A program made the translations under genes and the position numbers. Below, in pieces: positions 22,101-34,525 of a stretch of 44,747 nucleotides of DNA; the stretch's first letter is position 1; every line of letters starts with the position of its first letter. The stretch comes from Callorhinchus milii (taxonomy: Eukaryota): contig NW_024705435.1 in NCBI RefSeq assembly GCF_018977255.1, positions 1 through 44,747 of the forward strand, read 5' to 3'. The notes beneath the pieces were generated by a model. The model saw only the letters and a list, made by a program, of their open reading frames with translations, ran no database searches and had not been told where the DNA came from.

Positions 22101-25100
22101 GAAACAGATCCATGTGCCACTGCGCACACAAGTTGACACTTGTGCAGCCAACACTTGTGGGTTCAATGCCAGTTTTTTGCGATTAAAGTAAAACCTCGCA
22201 CAGAATCTTAAAATCCGCTTTCAATATTTGACGCCGTGGCGCCAGCGGTCGGCAAGCCGGACTCGCAAGCCAACGGACGCCGGTTCGATCGGATCCTCGG
22301 CGTAGCAAGGGCACGCGTCTTGAACAGGTCGTGCCCACTCCCACCCAGCAGTAGAAATGAGGACAACGAGCAGCTTGGAAAGAAGTGGTTCTCCCACCGC
22401 CTCCAAGATACCCAGGCCAGCGTGACAGTAGGCCAAACACCCCGAAGGGAGCTCTTGTTCAACCTCCCCTCTAGAAATGCGAGGCCCCCCTTCTGTTAGT
22501 GGCGCAGCAAGCAATTGCAGGGACTGCACCTTTACCTTTTAATTATTAACACCACTTTAATGGAGCGCGTGTTTTATTCCCGCTTTATTATTCTATTACC
22601 ACGAAGCTAAACAGCAGCGCTGCAGCACTCGCGTCACGTGCACTGTATATTAATGTAATTTGTTTTGCCGTCAATCAAACCCGGCGCGCCACCAAGGCCA
22701 CCAAGGCGAGAGCCTCCGAATGACGCCGCGTGGCCTGCCCAAGCCCGACAAGTTCGCCTCTCGTCGGTGCCAATGCGGCGCCTCCAGCTCGCGTAACGCG
22801 CTCCAATCCGTGTGCTCCTCGGCCCCGGCAGTGCCACTCCGAGTGTCCGTGTGCATTCTTGCCACCCCCCCCCCCCCGTGTTTCGATGCAGGTTGTATTA
22901 GTATCGTCCACACAACTTCTGCAGGCAGACACGAAGGACAAAACCCACCATCCCCAGCTTGAAGATTTCTGGGCAGCGCAAAAACAGGGAATTCCCCCCC
23001 CCACGCACAGCGCTTACAAGCTCCACAAACACCCACCCGCAGCACATTAAAATGACCAATTTCTCCATATTCAGATAGCAGTTACATACTGCACGCGCCC
23101 GATTTCGACACGATAGAGAACGCTCATTCAAATGGCAAGGTTTATCGAATGGTCTGCAAGTTACTTGTGCGACTCACTTAAGATCTATTTTTTTATATCA
23201 GCGCTTTCTCGGTCACACGGGAAGTTCCAGCCATCGTGCACGGAGCTCCAATAATTACTAAATTTGTATTTGGAGTTCGATTGGTAAACAGACAGCTTCA
23301 CCGACAGGCGGGTGATGTGAAATGACGTACAGGAAACGCTGCTCCTGGGTAAACTCGTAAAATCGTATTAGTTTTGTTTACACATTTCATCATCTGGTTG
23401 CCAAAAACGCATTTTTATTTTATCCTGGGATCATTTTAATTTGTGCAGTCGTATGTTGAACTCGAAACATTTGTAGTGTTGCCTCGATTAACTCCATACA
23501 GGTTGAAAAAAAACCACGTTTTTTGGTTAATGGGGCACCATTATGACCAATCCCCCAAAAAAGCGCACGACCAGACCGCCCACACTTGCGCGTTTCAGGT
23601 CATTAAAGTCGCCCTGCGTCGACCACCAACGCTCGTTCACCTGCAACAGCAGCAAGTCACAACCACAGCCCGGCGAGCCGCCAGAGTCGGGGCGAGTTTC
23701 GGCGCAGCCGCCGCACGCGAGGTCACGGCAGTGCAAGACTGAGATCCAAACGCCGATTAGCGGCCAAAACGGCGGAGGGGAGGGGAGGGAGCGTTAAACA
23801 AATAAACGCTGAAAATGTAGTCACATCGGGAGGTGTCTGCACCCCCCCCCTCACTCACAGACCTGGACGAGGGACATCTGCGTGCACGCTCATCCGCGTC
23901 TCACATTTCCCCGGAATGCCATAAGCCTCGACAATCGGTCAGACCGATGTTTAGTTTCTGGCTAAATTCCCCACTTCATGATCCCAAGTGGGAAGAGACA
24001 TTGCCTGGCTGCGGATCATTTATCGCACTGAATGGATAAAGTAAATGTTGCGGTTGTTTGCAGCCATATTTTCTTTGGACAACCAAATGATTTTGATCAT
24101 CGAATTGTGGTCCAACTTCACCTCAGCTCTCACATTCAGTATTAGTCGTGTTAACATTTTCCACTACGCATCTCATTTAGTACCAATGTGTTATCTTTTG
24201 GGTTTCAAGATCGTAATATTACTTGTTTGTTGTACCCAATTTTTTAATTTGCAAGCATACCCCCCCAGACCGAGTCCCTCACCCAGTTATAAAAGTCACT
24301 CAACCTAGTACACAGGACTCTACCGGCCATAGTTAAAACGAGAGATAAATGTATCCCCAATGTTTAGGACCCAATTATTTTCTCTTTACCTGGTAAGGAA
24401 GCATTGAATTGCAATCTTGCAAGCAAATTCAGGATCACATTAAAATAATTTCAGACAAGGGCCTCATCTCAAGATCACAGCACCGACCGCATTCTCCGGC
24501 TTACACGGCGCTCCGGAAACCACTCACTCCGAACGTGCGAGCGGTCACTGCACTGCGATCAGATGAGACGCAGCTTCAACGAGTTAAAAGCGCGTTTTAA
24601 GCCAGAAATATGGCATACCTGGGGGATTGCTTCAGTCCAGGCTTCCCTTGAAAGATCTATGTCACTAGGAACACCCACCTGGTTTAAATGCCTTTTGAGA
24701 ATGGAATATAAACCACGTTTAAATGGTGCATTATTGCACCGAAGTGAAAGTTTGCATACTTGTCCAATGAAAGTGCGGTTTAAAGGACACTTCAGTACTA
24801 TACAAAAAAACCCCAACAGTTTTGTCAGCAACAAAACATGCCGTCTCCCTGAGCGCCCAAGATTAGCTCATAGATGCCCCCCCCAGGCATCCTTCATTGA
24901 TTCATGACCTTCATTTATAACCAAGTGGGGAGCTCCGCAGAGACGGGACGTCTTTTTTTTTTTAAACGAGTAACCTGACGGGTCACTTTCTCAGAGCGCC
25001 TACGACTCCCTCCACCAAAACGCAGGCCAGTGGGGAGAGAAGTGACCGGCACGACCTCTCAGTGGCACACGATCCAGAAAGCATTGCGCTGTGTGGCGTG

Positions 25101-26899
25101 CACGTACAAACCATTAGCGGTGCCGAACAGCATGTCCCCAGTGACCAGGGAGGGCTCGTCAACATAACACTGCCGAGGCAGAGGGCAGCAGCAGCAGCCA
25201 TAGCCAATGGATAGACTTCTGCACCAATAATTCCAACCAAGGGTGACACCGGTATATACAGCGCTCTCGCCACCCTCATGCTTACAGCGGTGTCAAAAGG
25301 TGGCCACAATGTTTGACTCTGTTGAGATGTTAGTCCAAAAGACAAGGGCTGTGCAGAGTCGTGCAAGCAATACGGCAACACCGTGACATGCAAGGTAAGG
25401 TTGGTAGTCGTGAGCCAACATTAGGAATCACTATCGCACAATTTGGGGTCTAGAAAGCACCTTGTGAGCGTCGTATCGGTAGCATTGCTTGCAGCCTGCA
25501 CGCACATTCTGTCCGACGAGTTGCACAATTTTCAGACGTCGTTAGAATTAGCTTATGCAAGGCCACACAGCAATCCAAGTTGCGTGTAGAGGATCAATGA
25601 CGACTTTCACTCAAGGGGCCTTTCACTGGCAAAATGCCATGAACGACAAAGGAGACATTAACAATAAGCAGGTGGCAGGACGAGCCAACGGAGGAACAAA
25701 ACGAACTGGGGACACTTAAGATAAACTCATAATCAAACTAAGAATAACATTGTCCAAGAGCTTGTTGTCCTTCCCCGACACCTCCGATTAGCACGGTTGG
25801 CTAGGTACGGTGCGAACGAAGTTAAGCATACACAAGACCGACCTCCACAACCTGGGGGCCCACCACAGCAACGTAGCACTCACGTCCCAGGTGGTGGTGG
25901 CGGCGCCCAAAACACCGTCGAGGTTGCCGTGAAGGAGGAACGCCGCCTCGAATCTCCCTACGGCTAAAGAACCCATACGCCAAGGGCAGTGGGTGCGAGG
26001 GTAAGGAGGTGGTGGTCTTGGTAATCATATGGGCTGGAGGAATTTTTATCCCAGGGCGCCTGAATGTGGGGCATAACCACTGCTGTATAGGGACAGCAAT
26101 GGTCATGTCAAGCAAAAGGGTGGCACGCGGCAGCTGTGGCTACAATAAGGGGATCAACAACTCACGCTTAGCGGGTGATGCAGCATTGGGCAGTGGCACA
26201 CACGGCGACCACTGCACGTTCGTGACATGCCACGTGGTGTACAGTGTCAAGATATGCAACGCAACACTGTATACTCAAAGTTACACGCGACCCTCTGCAA
26301 TGGACACGTAGCTCCCTCTGGGATTTGAATAATGTGCGCATTCATTGGGCGGACTGCAATGCACTTGTAAAAGCCGTCACCACATTCACCACAGCGATGT
26401 ATACAACTAGCACCAACGCCACGAGTCGAGCAAGCGGGGATATTGAATAAGTGAATGGGTCCGACGTGGGTCTACTGGAGATGTTGGAGGCGCCGTCACG
26501 CACCCACACGACACCAACTTGCCTGTGCGCAACACTGGCACCCACCGCCTCACGCACCGCACGCCATGTTACACGAAGACACATGCATTTATAACAGCCT
26601 GGCAGACACCAACATTAGGAACACGTTCCGTTTCCGAGTATGTAATGACAAGGACAATCAGTGAACAAGACTCGCGACAATTAATTTAGACTACTGGGGA
26701 ACCAGTGGCACATGGAACCCACTGATCACCTTTGTGTAGAACATGCACAGATTAATTTAGGCCGGGTCTGTGACCGTTCAGATGCGTTCCCGGTCACAGC
26801 ACATCCAGTATCTCTCTCTCTATGGACGCGACTGCCAGGTCACACGCAGAGGCTAACAGCGACCCGGGCAAGGTTTTAGGAGGAAATAAAAACCACTCC

Positions 26900-28450
26900 G
26901 TGCATGCGCCACGACCATGCTCCTCCTGCATTGGGCACACAGCGCATCGCCCCCTTCGCTGGCCTGGTGGACCCCACCACCATCGGAGCGACCGCCGTTG
27001 CGCGCACCACGAACGAGTCTGGAGCAGAGGCGGTGGCCACACAACCACACCCAGCAGCAGCAGCAGCACTCAATCCGCCGATTAACACGCAGCCGGCATC
27101 AAGAACTGTAGCCACTGCATCGCTTTTTGGTTTTTAGCCCAAGACGACCTAGACGCGGCACAGACCGCTTTCGGCTCCCACTTTCCACCGCAGACTGTAT
27201 CGTGCGCGCATCCCCCCGCCAGGAGTCCAACTCGGGTCGCAGGGACCCAAGCGCAACGCCCCGCTCGAGCCGCACGGCTGCATCTGCAAAGCCTCTCCGC
27301 ACTGCGCACACGTGTTTGTACAATACAGTAGGAGCACGCATGCAAAGACAAAGATCCCCCGTGTAGCGTCACGCGGACCGTGCGGCCAAGTGCTCAAGAG
27401 CATCTCTTAAGGCGGACAGCGCGCACGACAGAGGTCAGTGGCGGAGAGAAGCACCCCGCCCCGACCGCCTTCGTATCCCCGGCGCCTGATTAGGTCACAC
27501 ACCGCACCGGTGGGCGGGCAACTCTCGTTTTAACTGCCGAGTCAACCTAGCGGTCTCCCAAAGTTCTAAACGCGGCAACCGCTGCGACGGAGCAGCGGCC
27601 GGGACTGGAACTCGGGTGGCAAAAGTTGCATGGCAAAGTGCGCCTACCACTGCGTCACTGCTCGCGACACTCACACACAGACACGCGCCACACACTCGCA
27701 CGCTCTTTAAACGCCAACGCCCTAAACAAGCGCACGAACCCCGATACAGACCTTGTACGCTGTTGCATCACCCGGCGCTACAGACGAAGACGTCGATGCG
27801 AACGAAGAGGATGGTGACGATGTGAAGTTAAAAAGTGGCCAGAGCCAGACGGCTACTCCGCGAGTTGGAACTTGGCGTGTCGGAGTGGCGGTGGTGGTGG
27901 TGGGGCTCTTAGCCGTCCGTCTCCCTCCCTCCACCCCTCCCCGGTCCGTGTGCCGAGCTTTAAAAAAATTTTTTTTTAAACAGAAGAGAGAGCCCAAGGA
28001 ACGCACAGAGAGAGAGAGCTGAAACAAGCCTCCCCCCACAAACTCAAACGCAACTTCCCTTCCAGCCAGTAGCGGTGAAGAGAGAGAGAGAGGAAAACGA
28101 GGGAATGGATATTTAGTCGACGGAAGGAAGATGATGCGGTGGCGGAAGGAGGGAAGGAGGGATTGGTGACCGAGGATTGTGTGTCTGTGAAGGTGTGAGC
28201 CCGAGCTCTTGGCTGCTGCTGCTTGTCATGAGGCTATGCCAGCAGTTGCAGGACACGCCACAATTTATGCTGCACGCGAGTGGGCGGGCCTGAGAGAACC
28301 CCACTGAATTAACATTAAACACAGAAGAAGAATTATTATTGGTGTCTCTGCGTCGCTCGCTCCCCACCACTCACTGGGTCGGCTTGCGTCCGCGCACTCA
28401 GCAATGCGCACCGCCTTGTACTCGGCTCTCGCTATTGTCTACGCACGATC
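26900..28450 (-). promoter_or_regulatory. CpG island / promoter and first exon of an unidentified minus-strand transcript
   Basis: Very CpG-rich unique sequence, GC box gggcgg, gcgca..tgcgc motifs near 28390-28410, GA/CT tracts, donor aag|gtctgt at 27752/27751. Confidence 0.55.
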
Positions 28451-28831
28451 ATCCGGCTGAGCCGTATTAATAAACGTGAAATTACGTTACTTTTTAAATG
28501 GCAATAGTATCGTTAGCGTGTCGTACCGGGACACAGGTGCGGTTAATGTGCTTCATGATGATAGACGTGCCCATTTGTGATGATGAATGATGCAGCTGAG
28601 AACGATTTAGGCGGAGACGCCGTCTCTAAATGTTGATGAGGGTAACTGGGATGATGGTGGTGATTGGATGATGGTGACTGTGAATCTCATGATGATTGGC
28701 AATTGCGGCCCCCTTCCCTCACCTCCCTGAATGTGTGCAGCATGTGCCGGTGTTTCGATTCACCATTCACCAGTGAGACCACCTCGCCACCAATAATAAC
28801 TCATACAAATAACGTGCCACCATCGTGTTTC

Positions 28832-28892
28832 ATATTCTTTGGGTCTTTCGGTAAAGTCACGTAGACGGTCAAGAAAGCTTTAAGTCAAGATT
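28832..28892 (+). mobile_element. Minimal Penelope-like fold-back remnant, family A
   Basis: tctttcggtaaagtcacgtag joined to tail gtcaagaaagctttaagtc. 11-bp direct repeat catcgtgtttc at 28821-28831 and 28893-28903. Confidence 0.65.
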
Positions 28893-28939
28893 CATCGTGT
28901 TTCCGTTAAGCGACATTCCAAATCTAACAATTACAATAC

Positions 28940-29032
28940 AAGATCCTCCGTATAGCATTAACAGACTGTTGGGGCTGAGTCCACCTAGGGGAGGCCCAGG
29001 ACCGTTTCAGATAATCGTCACTGGTGTTGGCT
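28940..29032 (-). mobile_element. Internally deleted copy of the tRNA-derived SINE at 30680-30940
   Basis: taacagactgt.gggg is joined directly to ctgagtccacctagggg aggcccaggaccg...gataatcgtcac. Confidence 0.65.
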
Positions 29033-30679
29033 CCCCACAATTACACTCCCAAACACACACACAGACTGAGTAAACACTTATTTACCGGCACAGTACCGTG
29101 CACATTACAATGGCTATACAGTATTTGCTTTGGGGTTAATCTTGTAAAAGAAGACAACGTGTACTGGTGGAAGGCAGTAAACATCACATTATGGGTTAAA
29201 TGTCTAAGGGTGAGGCACAGAACAGAGATATTCGTGCCAACGCAAGCATTTACATGATTTGCAGTGCACTGCGCGTTTGCAATCTCAACTCGGCGAGGTG
29301 AATTGCAATAATGGGCATGGGTTTCAACGGCCACTCACTCACCCGGTGTTCATAGATTGCAGTATTTGGTGGCACTGCGTTGACAGTGGGTGCATGACCA
29401 CAAAAGACAAAAACACGAAAATATTCGTCAATAAAAAAAGACCTTAAGTAGGTGACGTTTCAGACTGGGCTTTCATCAACGCACTTAGGTCAGAATAACT
29501 ACAGTGGTAAATCCACGTCCTCAAACAATACCTTGCAGATTGGCCAGACTCTTAACATGTTTCTATCGAGTTCTGTCGAAGGTAAGTTAGTTCACTGTGT
29601 ATGAGAGCGCATTGCCATTTAATTTTATCCAAAGAAGCTTGACAAATCTCAAACATTGCAGCCAATTGCCATCACTGAGCCAGTGGTGGATATTCTACAT
29701 TCCCATGGCGCCAGTGTCTCCCATAAGGACAACCACCAACAAAGTAGTAATTACTTTATCGACCCCATAAGGGTGATGGGCTTTGAGTCAACTCAATTGG
29801 CAAACCCTTCTAATTGTGAACCCATCGCTCTGGCCACAGTGTCACTTCTGCTGATATCATATTTTGTCCAGATAGTGCAAGCTTTTATCAGAGCTCGTGC
29901 TGCTGATAAGCGACTAAAAGGGCGTTCCGTGTGATGTCATTTAGACTCCAGACAAGACGACTCGATGACTGCGCACTGCGCCGCCGCTCTCCGTGTGACT
30001 CATGCCTCGTCTGGACTGTGCGGAGAAATAAAAGCCCCGTCGAGTCTCGCTGTTAATTTAAATAAATTATTGCAACCATTAGGGTTAGAGACAGGACGAG
30101 CCAAGCGCATGCGATACAATAATTGTGTTTTGGAAAATTCATAAACTCGTGTTTTGTACATTCAGTACCCTCGGGTACAAATCGGTTGTTACAGAGATGT
30201 CTTACGCGAATGTCTTACACATTCTCGTGACGGAGCGATGTAATTTCTCGTTGTGTTTCACAATGTTTGTAGAACGGACACGTGGCACTAAAATAAAACA
30301 AGACGCTTGTGACTGCAATAACATCTGGACACCAACATTTTCACTCACAGGGCAGGTTCAGGATGAACCTCTCCACTGCTCGAAGTCTCGTGCTGAAACT
30401 CTTACAAAGTCACCATCCAAGAGGCTTTGTCTCACGTGGGATCCGACGATAAGATAGTCAGCAGGCGAAACCCCGTCGACCTCTTACTAATAATGTATTT
30501 ATTACTATATACCGTTTTTTTTATATAAAACAGATACAGGGGTAAATCGTTTGACACCACACATGTGTATATAAAGTAAATTGAAACTCGGTGATACAGT
30601 TATACAGAGGTGCAATATTTAATTGTTTAATTTGTGTAAGATCAGACAAAAATACGCCCTTAGAAAGACAAAGGCATTT

Positions 30680-30940
30680 AACGGGCTTGTGGGCACTGTC
30701 AAGGAGCACCTCTGAAGGCCGACAAAGCACACGGCGGTGTGGGGTAGAGGCCACGACGCCCGGCCGCCTTGTCTTCCCAGTATTGACGTTTACACACCAC
30801 ACCGTGCACTCATTTGAGGCTGAGTTGACCTAGGAGAGGCCCAGGACCGGCTGGGATAATCGTCACCGTGGTGTTGGCCGTGAGCAGGACTCGAGCTCGG
30901 GTTGCCGAGTTCGTAGCGCAGCGCGCTGACCGCTCCCCGC
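30680..30940 (-). mobile_element. tRNA-derived SINE; tail fragment adjacent at 30960-31017 and another copy at 44535-44747
   Basis: Minus-strand head ggagcggtcagcgcgctgcgctacgaactcggcaacccgagctcgagtcc (A/B-box-like). Central gtcaactcagcctcaaatgagt is shared with 44680-44705. Confidence 0.75.
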
Positions 30941-31139
30941 AAATATTACAAAACAGAGACAAAGGTCCTCTGTATAGCCTTAACAGACTGTGGGGAAAGT
31001 GCTGTTAGCGAGCAACCCCCAAGCATTACAAAAGACAATGACGCGCACTATTAGAAAAGATACGCACACGAACATCATCACTGTGCAGAGCTTCGGGTTC
31101 ACGTGGCTTTGAGATTCATTCATTCATCCACGGAGCGGC

Positions 31140-31343
31140 GTTGGGGTGGGTCGTGGGGGGTGCAGAGTGGGCACCCAGGGTCCGGGCTGTGGGGGGGTAG
31201 TGGGGGGTGCACAGTGGGCACCCAGGGTCCGGGCTGTGGGGGGGGTAGTGGGGGTGCACAGTGGGCACCCAGGGTCCGGGCTGTGCGGGGGGGGGTAGTG
31301 GCGGGGTTCGTGGGGGTGCACAGTGGACACTCAGGGTCCGGGC
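31140..31343. repeat. G-rich 47-bp minisatellite, about 4 copies
   Basis: tgcacagtgggcacccagggtccgggctgtgggggggtagtgggggg-type unit at 31161, 31208, 31255 and 31317. Confidence 0.92.
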
Positions 31344-32521
31344 CGTGTTCCCCCGGCCAAATGACACGTGACGTCATGCCTGCCCAGCCTCTGCACTCAC
31401 GCACTGTAATAGCAGCATACATCACGCACGCAATTGAGAGTCCACGTTCCCGTGAGCGTGTGCAGGGCAGTCCAGATGTATTGTGGGGGCACAAGACATC
31501 TGGACCAGCCTATACACAGTCAATGGCCTTTATAGGTATATATGTGTGTGTGTACGTATAAACAATGTTTACATACGAGACGCAGAGTGCAGTCATCACG
31601 TTACTAACGGATCTGAAAGAACGCTGGCGAATAGAGTGGAACGAACGCGGACGTCCCGAATTTAACACCGCCTCATTCAAGATCCAAACATCGCAACCGC
31701 GTGGATTTGACATTCATCGGAAGACACCGCCGGTGTAACCCTCACTCGAAGACTCTGGTTGTAACACCAGCAGGCCGAGACGAACGTCTCCTTCGTGGGT
31801 TGTACAATTAAAGACACGAGCAGCAGCGGCGGTGCAAATTGTGGCCGTGCAAAACCCAAACCGTGGACCGTGCAGTCGAACAACGTTTCGGTCTGTGCCC
31901 CCTTCAACTGGAACGGCAAAACAACCACGAACTCCCCGCTCCCTCCCGAATACCTCTCGCGTGCTAGCGGCAGGGGCCCTCGACGTTGGCACTCAGCTCC
32001 CAAGCGGGTCGCACATCGCACGCACGAACGGAAGGGTGGGATCTCGTCCGCGACGCGTGCATCGTCGTTGTTCGCCGGTTCCCACGTGGAGGCGAGGGCC
32101 GCGAAGTTGCCGGGTGGCGGCAACTAGCGCCGCAGGGCGCGGCACGGCAGCACTTGTCCCCGTGCTGAGGTCATTCGAATGGCACGAGCGACAAACCAGC
32201 GCAGGCACCCCCCCCCCCCGGGCGAGGTGGGGTGGGGATCACTGCCATCATCATAAGCGAAGTAAGTTCACGGCGTTCTTGATTGATGCATTGTTTGCTG
32301 TTGGGGATCATTTCTACGGTAACGAAATCACAGGCACGAGACGCACGCACACCTGACAATCACAACATTTCGCATGAAATCTTCCTGGTTTGGCTTTGCT
32401 AATAGTTGGCTGGATGTTCTTTCACGGTCAGTGTGGGGTGGCACGCTCAATCTCACTTCGCTGTCAAGCTCGCATCGCCCGTGTCAAATCCGTGACCGTG
32501 GATTCGTCAAGACAGTATATG

Positions 32522-33209
32522 TGTAGTGAGTTCAACCGAGTCGCAGACGTACTCTTGAAGGCAACACATTTATTTAACACCAACACACGGGGTAGCTGCC
32601 CCTTAACAGAATAACAACCTATGGTGGTGACCACCAGGCGAACTGCACTCATTACAACGTAACTGGTGTAGTTAACTGGGTGGTGACCACCAGGCTAACT
32701 GCACTAATTACACCGTAACTGCTACTATGGACCGGGACCCTAGCTCGGGTCCAGGTCCACGTGTTGGAGACTGGTAGAACATAGAACGTAGACGAAGGTT
32801 TTTCAGGATGAACAACAGCGCCGGTCCCTCTGGGGGACCCGGCTCATATTCTCTGGGCATGGCCGGCTTAGCTCTTGGCCACGCCCACCTTCTAGAATCC
32901 TCGAGAAAGATCTCGACCCCGACCACGTGACCACCCCTAGCCCCTACTTGGGGCCCCTTTGTAGACTTAACCGGTCACGTGTCCTCCCGGGTCAACCAGA
33001 GTGCCATGGCCTTTAGTAACCCCGTTCCTACGGCCGGCGCTCCCTCACCCTGTCCTGTAGGGGCCGGCACTGCACGCCAAGCGTGGTGCCACCCAGCGCT
33101 GTCACTCAGCGCTCACCGGGCCCCTCTAGGGCCGGCACTGCACCCACACCACGTGGTGTCCGCGGTGTCGCTCCACCGCACGCCGTGACCCTCTCGGGCC
33201 AGACTTACA
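32522..33209 (-). mobile_element. Possible solo LTR
   Basis: TGTA...TACA bounds, tttatt (minus AATAAA) near 32570, internal duplication ggtggtgaccaccaggc.aactgcact; no convincing TSD. Confidence 0.4.
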
Positions 33210-34507
33210 CAGTGACATCCCGCGATGATAATCCATCTGTATACTATATACGTATACTGTACCAGTGTCAGCTACGTAGTTATGTATCCAAGGAATGCCT
33301 CCACGAGTTTCCAGGATCGTGCTCGCTGCACTGGGATGGCTGGTCAACAACGTTGTAAGGAATGTATCCCGTCATGTGTGACAACTCAGCGATACCCAGA
33401 GATGAACCCTCGCCTGGGAGAGGATAACACTCAAAGGCGCTCACAAATTGGCCCATGAACCCACTGCCCGTAATTCCATCTTCTGGGCAACTTATTGTAC
33501 ATCGCTTTTGTTTTACTCATATGCGGGGCTTAATTTCTCGCTGAAAATATTCCGATCGCCGGTAGACTGGAGAGAAAAAAAAACACGTGAATGGTAGCCA
33601 CAGCCGTAGTGAGGGTATACTGGACGTTGTGTGCTGGTTGCTGATAGATTCAAGAATATTGTTTCCGCACTACCATCTCCTGGCCACCTCCCTGATAGTT
33701 CCATCTGAGTACATTACTCACCAGGCTCCAAACGTTTGCTTCTGGATCTGACAGAACAATTTAGGTCACATGCAGGGTGATTTGGTCTCAGCGGAGTTCG
33801 TAGGTTCTCGTCTGCTTTAACTGATGGCTGTGAATGAATTGTGGAATGATAGATAAATACGTGAATGAGTGTCGTATCAATGGATTAAGCGGGGAGGCGG
33901 TGACACGGGTGAGCTTGCTCTATTTACACTCACGGGATGGAGTGCGTGGAGCGTGACGCACAAGCTGTCACCACGTGGCGTAAGCTGCTCCCACGTGTGA
34001 CTCGCCTCTACATGTGAGCGCGTGCGCCTTCAGGATCTGTCCATGGGTGCACGTACACACGCGCGCCGCACATACACACACACACCGTGCCTAACCTATT
34101 ACGCGCCTGTCAACCTGTAAAATGATATCATGGATACACCCTCCAGCCAATGACAACCCACTCACACGCGAGAGGGAGAAAACACACACACACACACGCA
34201 TAAATTCAACACCAGGGAAAAGTGAATAGTTATGGTGGTAAAGTCGTGAATATCATAGGAAGGAATGCGAGTAAAACCACAACACTACTGTTTACCATAC
34301 GGCGGTGACAAGGAACAGCAGTAGCTCGTTCACCGCTCTTGGCAGAGGTTTCCCCATTAATGCTGCGGATGTAGTAATAAGAATAATACTGCTACGTGCT
34401 TCACAATGCGGGTTAAACATCCCCTGGCATCATTTGCCAGAGTAGGATATCGTGTGCTTGCAGATACACAGTCCACATTTTCCAACATTCACAAAATTAC
34501 TCGCAAT

Positions 34508-34525
34508 CAGCGCCCCCTACTGGCA
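34508..34525 (-). promoter_or_regulatory. Strong CTCF-consensus motif
   Basis: Minus strand tgccagtagggggcgctg matches the CCASYAGRKGGCRS consensus. Confidence 0.55.

Noticed and set aside
22221..22529. 102-aa minus-strand ORF as a known protein
   Set aside because: No recognisable family, non-ATG start, and overlapping ORFs of similar length in other frames.
15900..28600. C/D snoRNAs, known miRNA hairpins or a MALAT1-type triple helix in the unidentified transcript
   Set aside because: Isolated RTGATGA boxes lack properly spaced CTGA and terminal stems; no miRNA or triple-helix/tRNA-like signature was recognised by eye. A covariance-model scan would still be needed.
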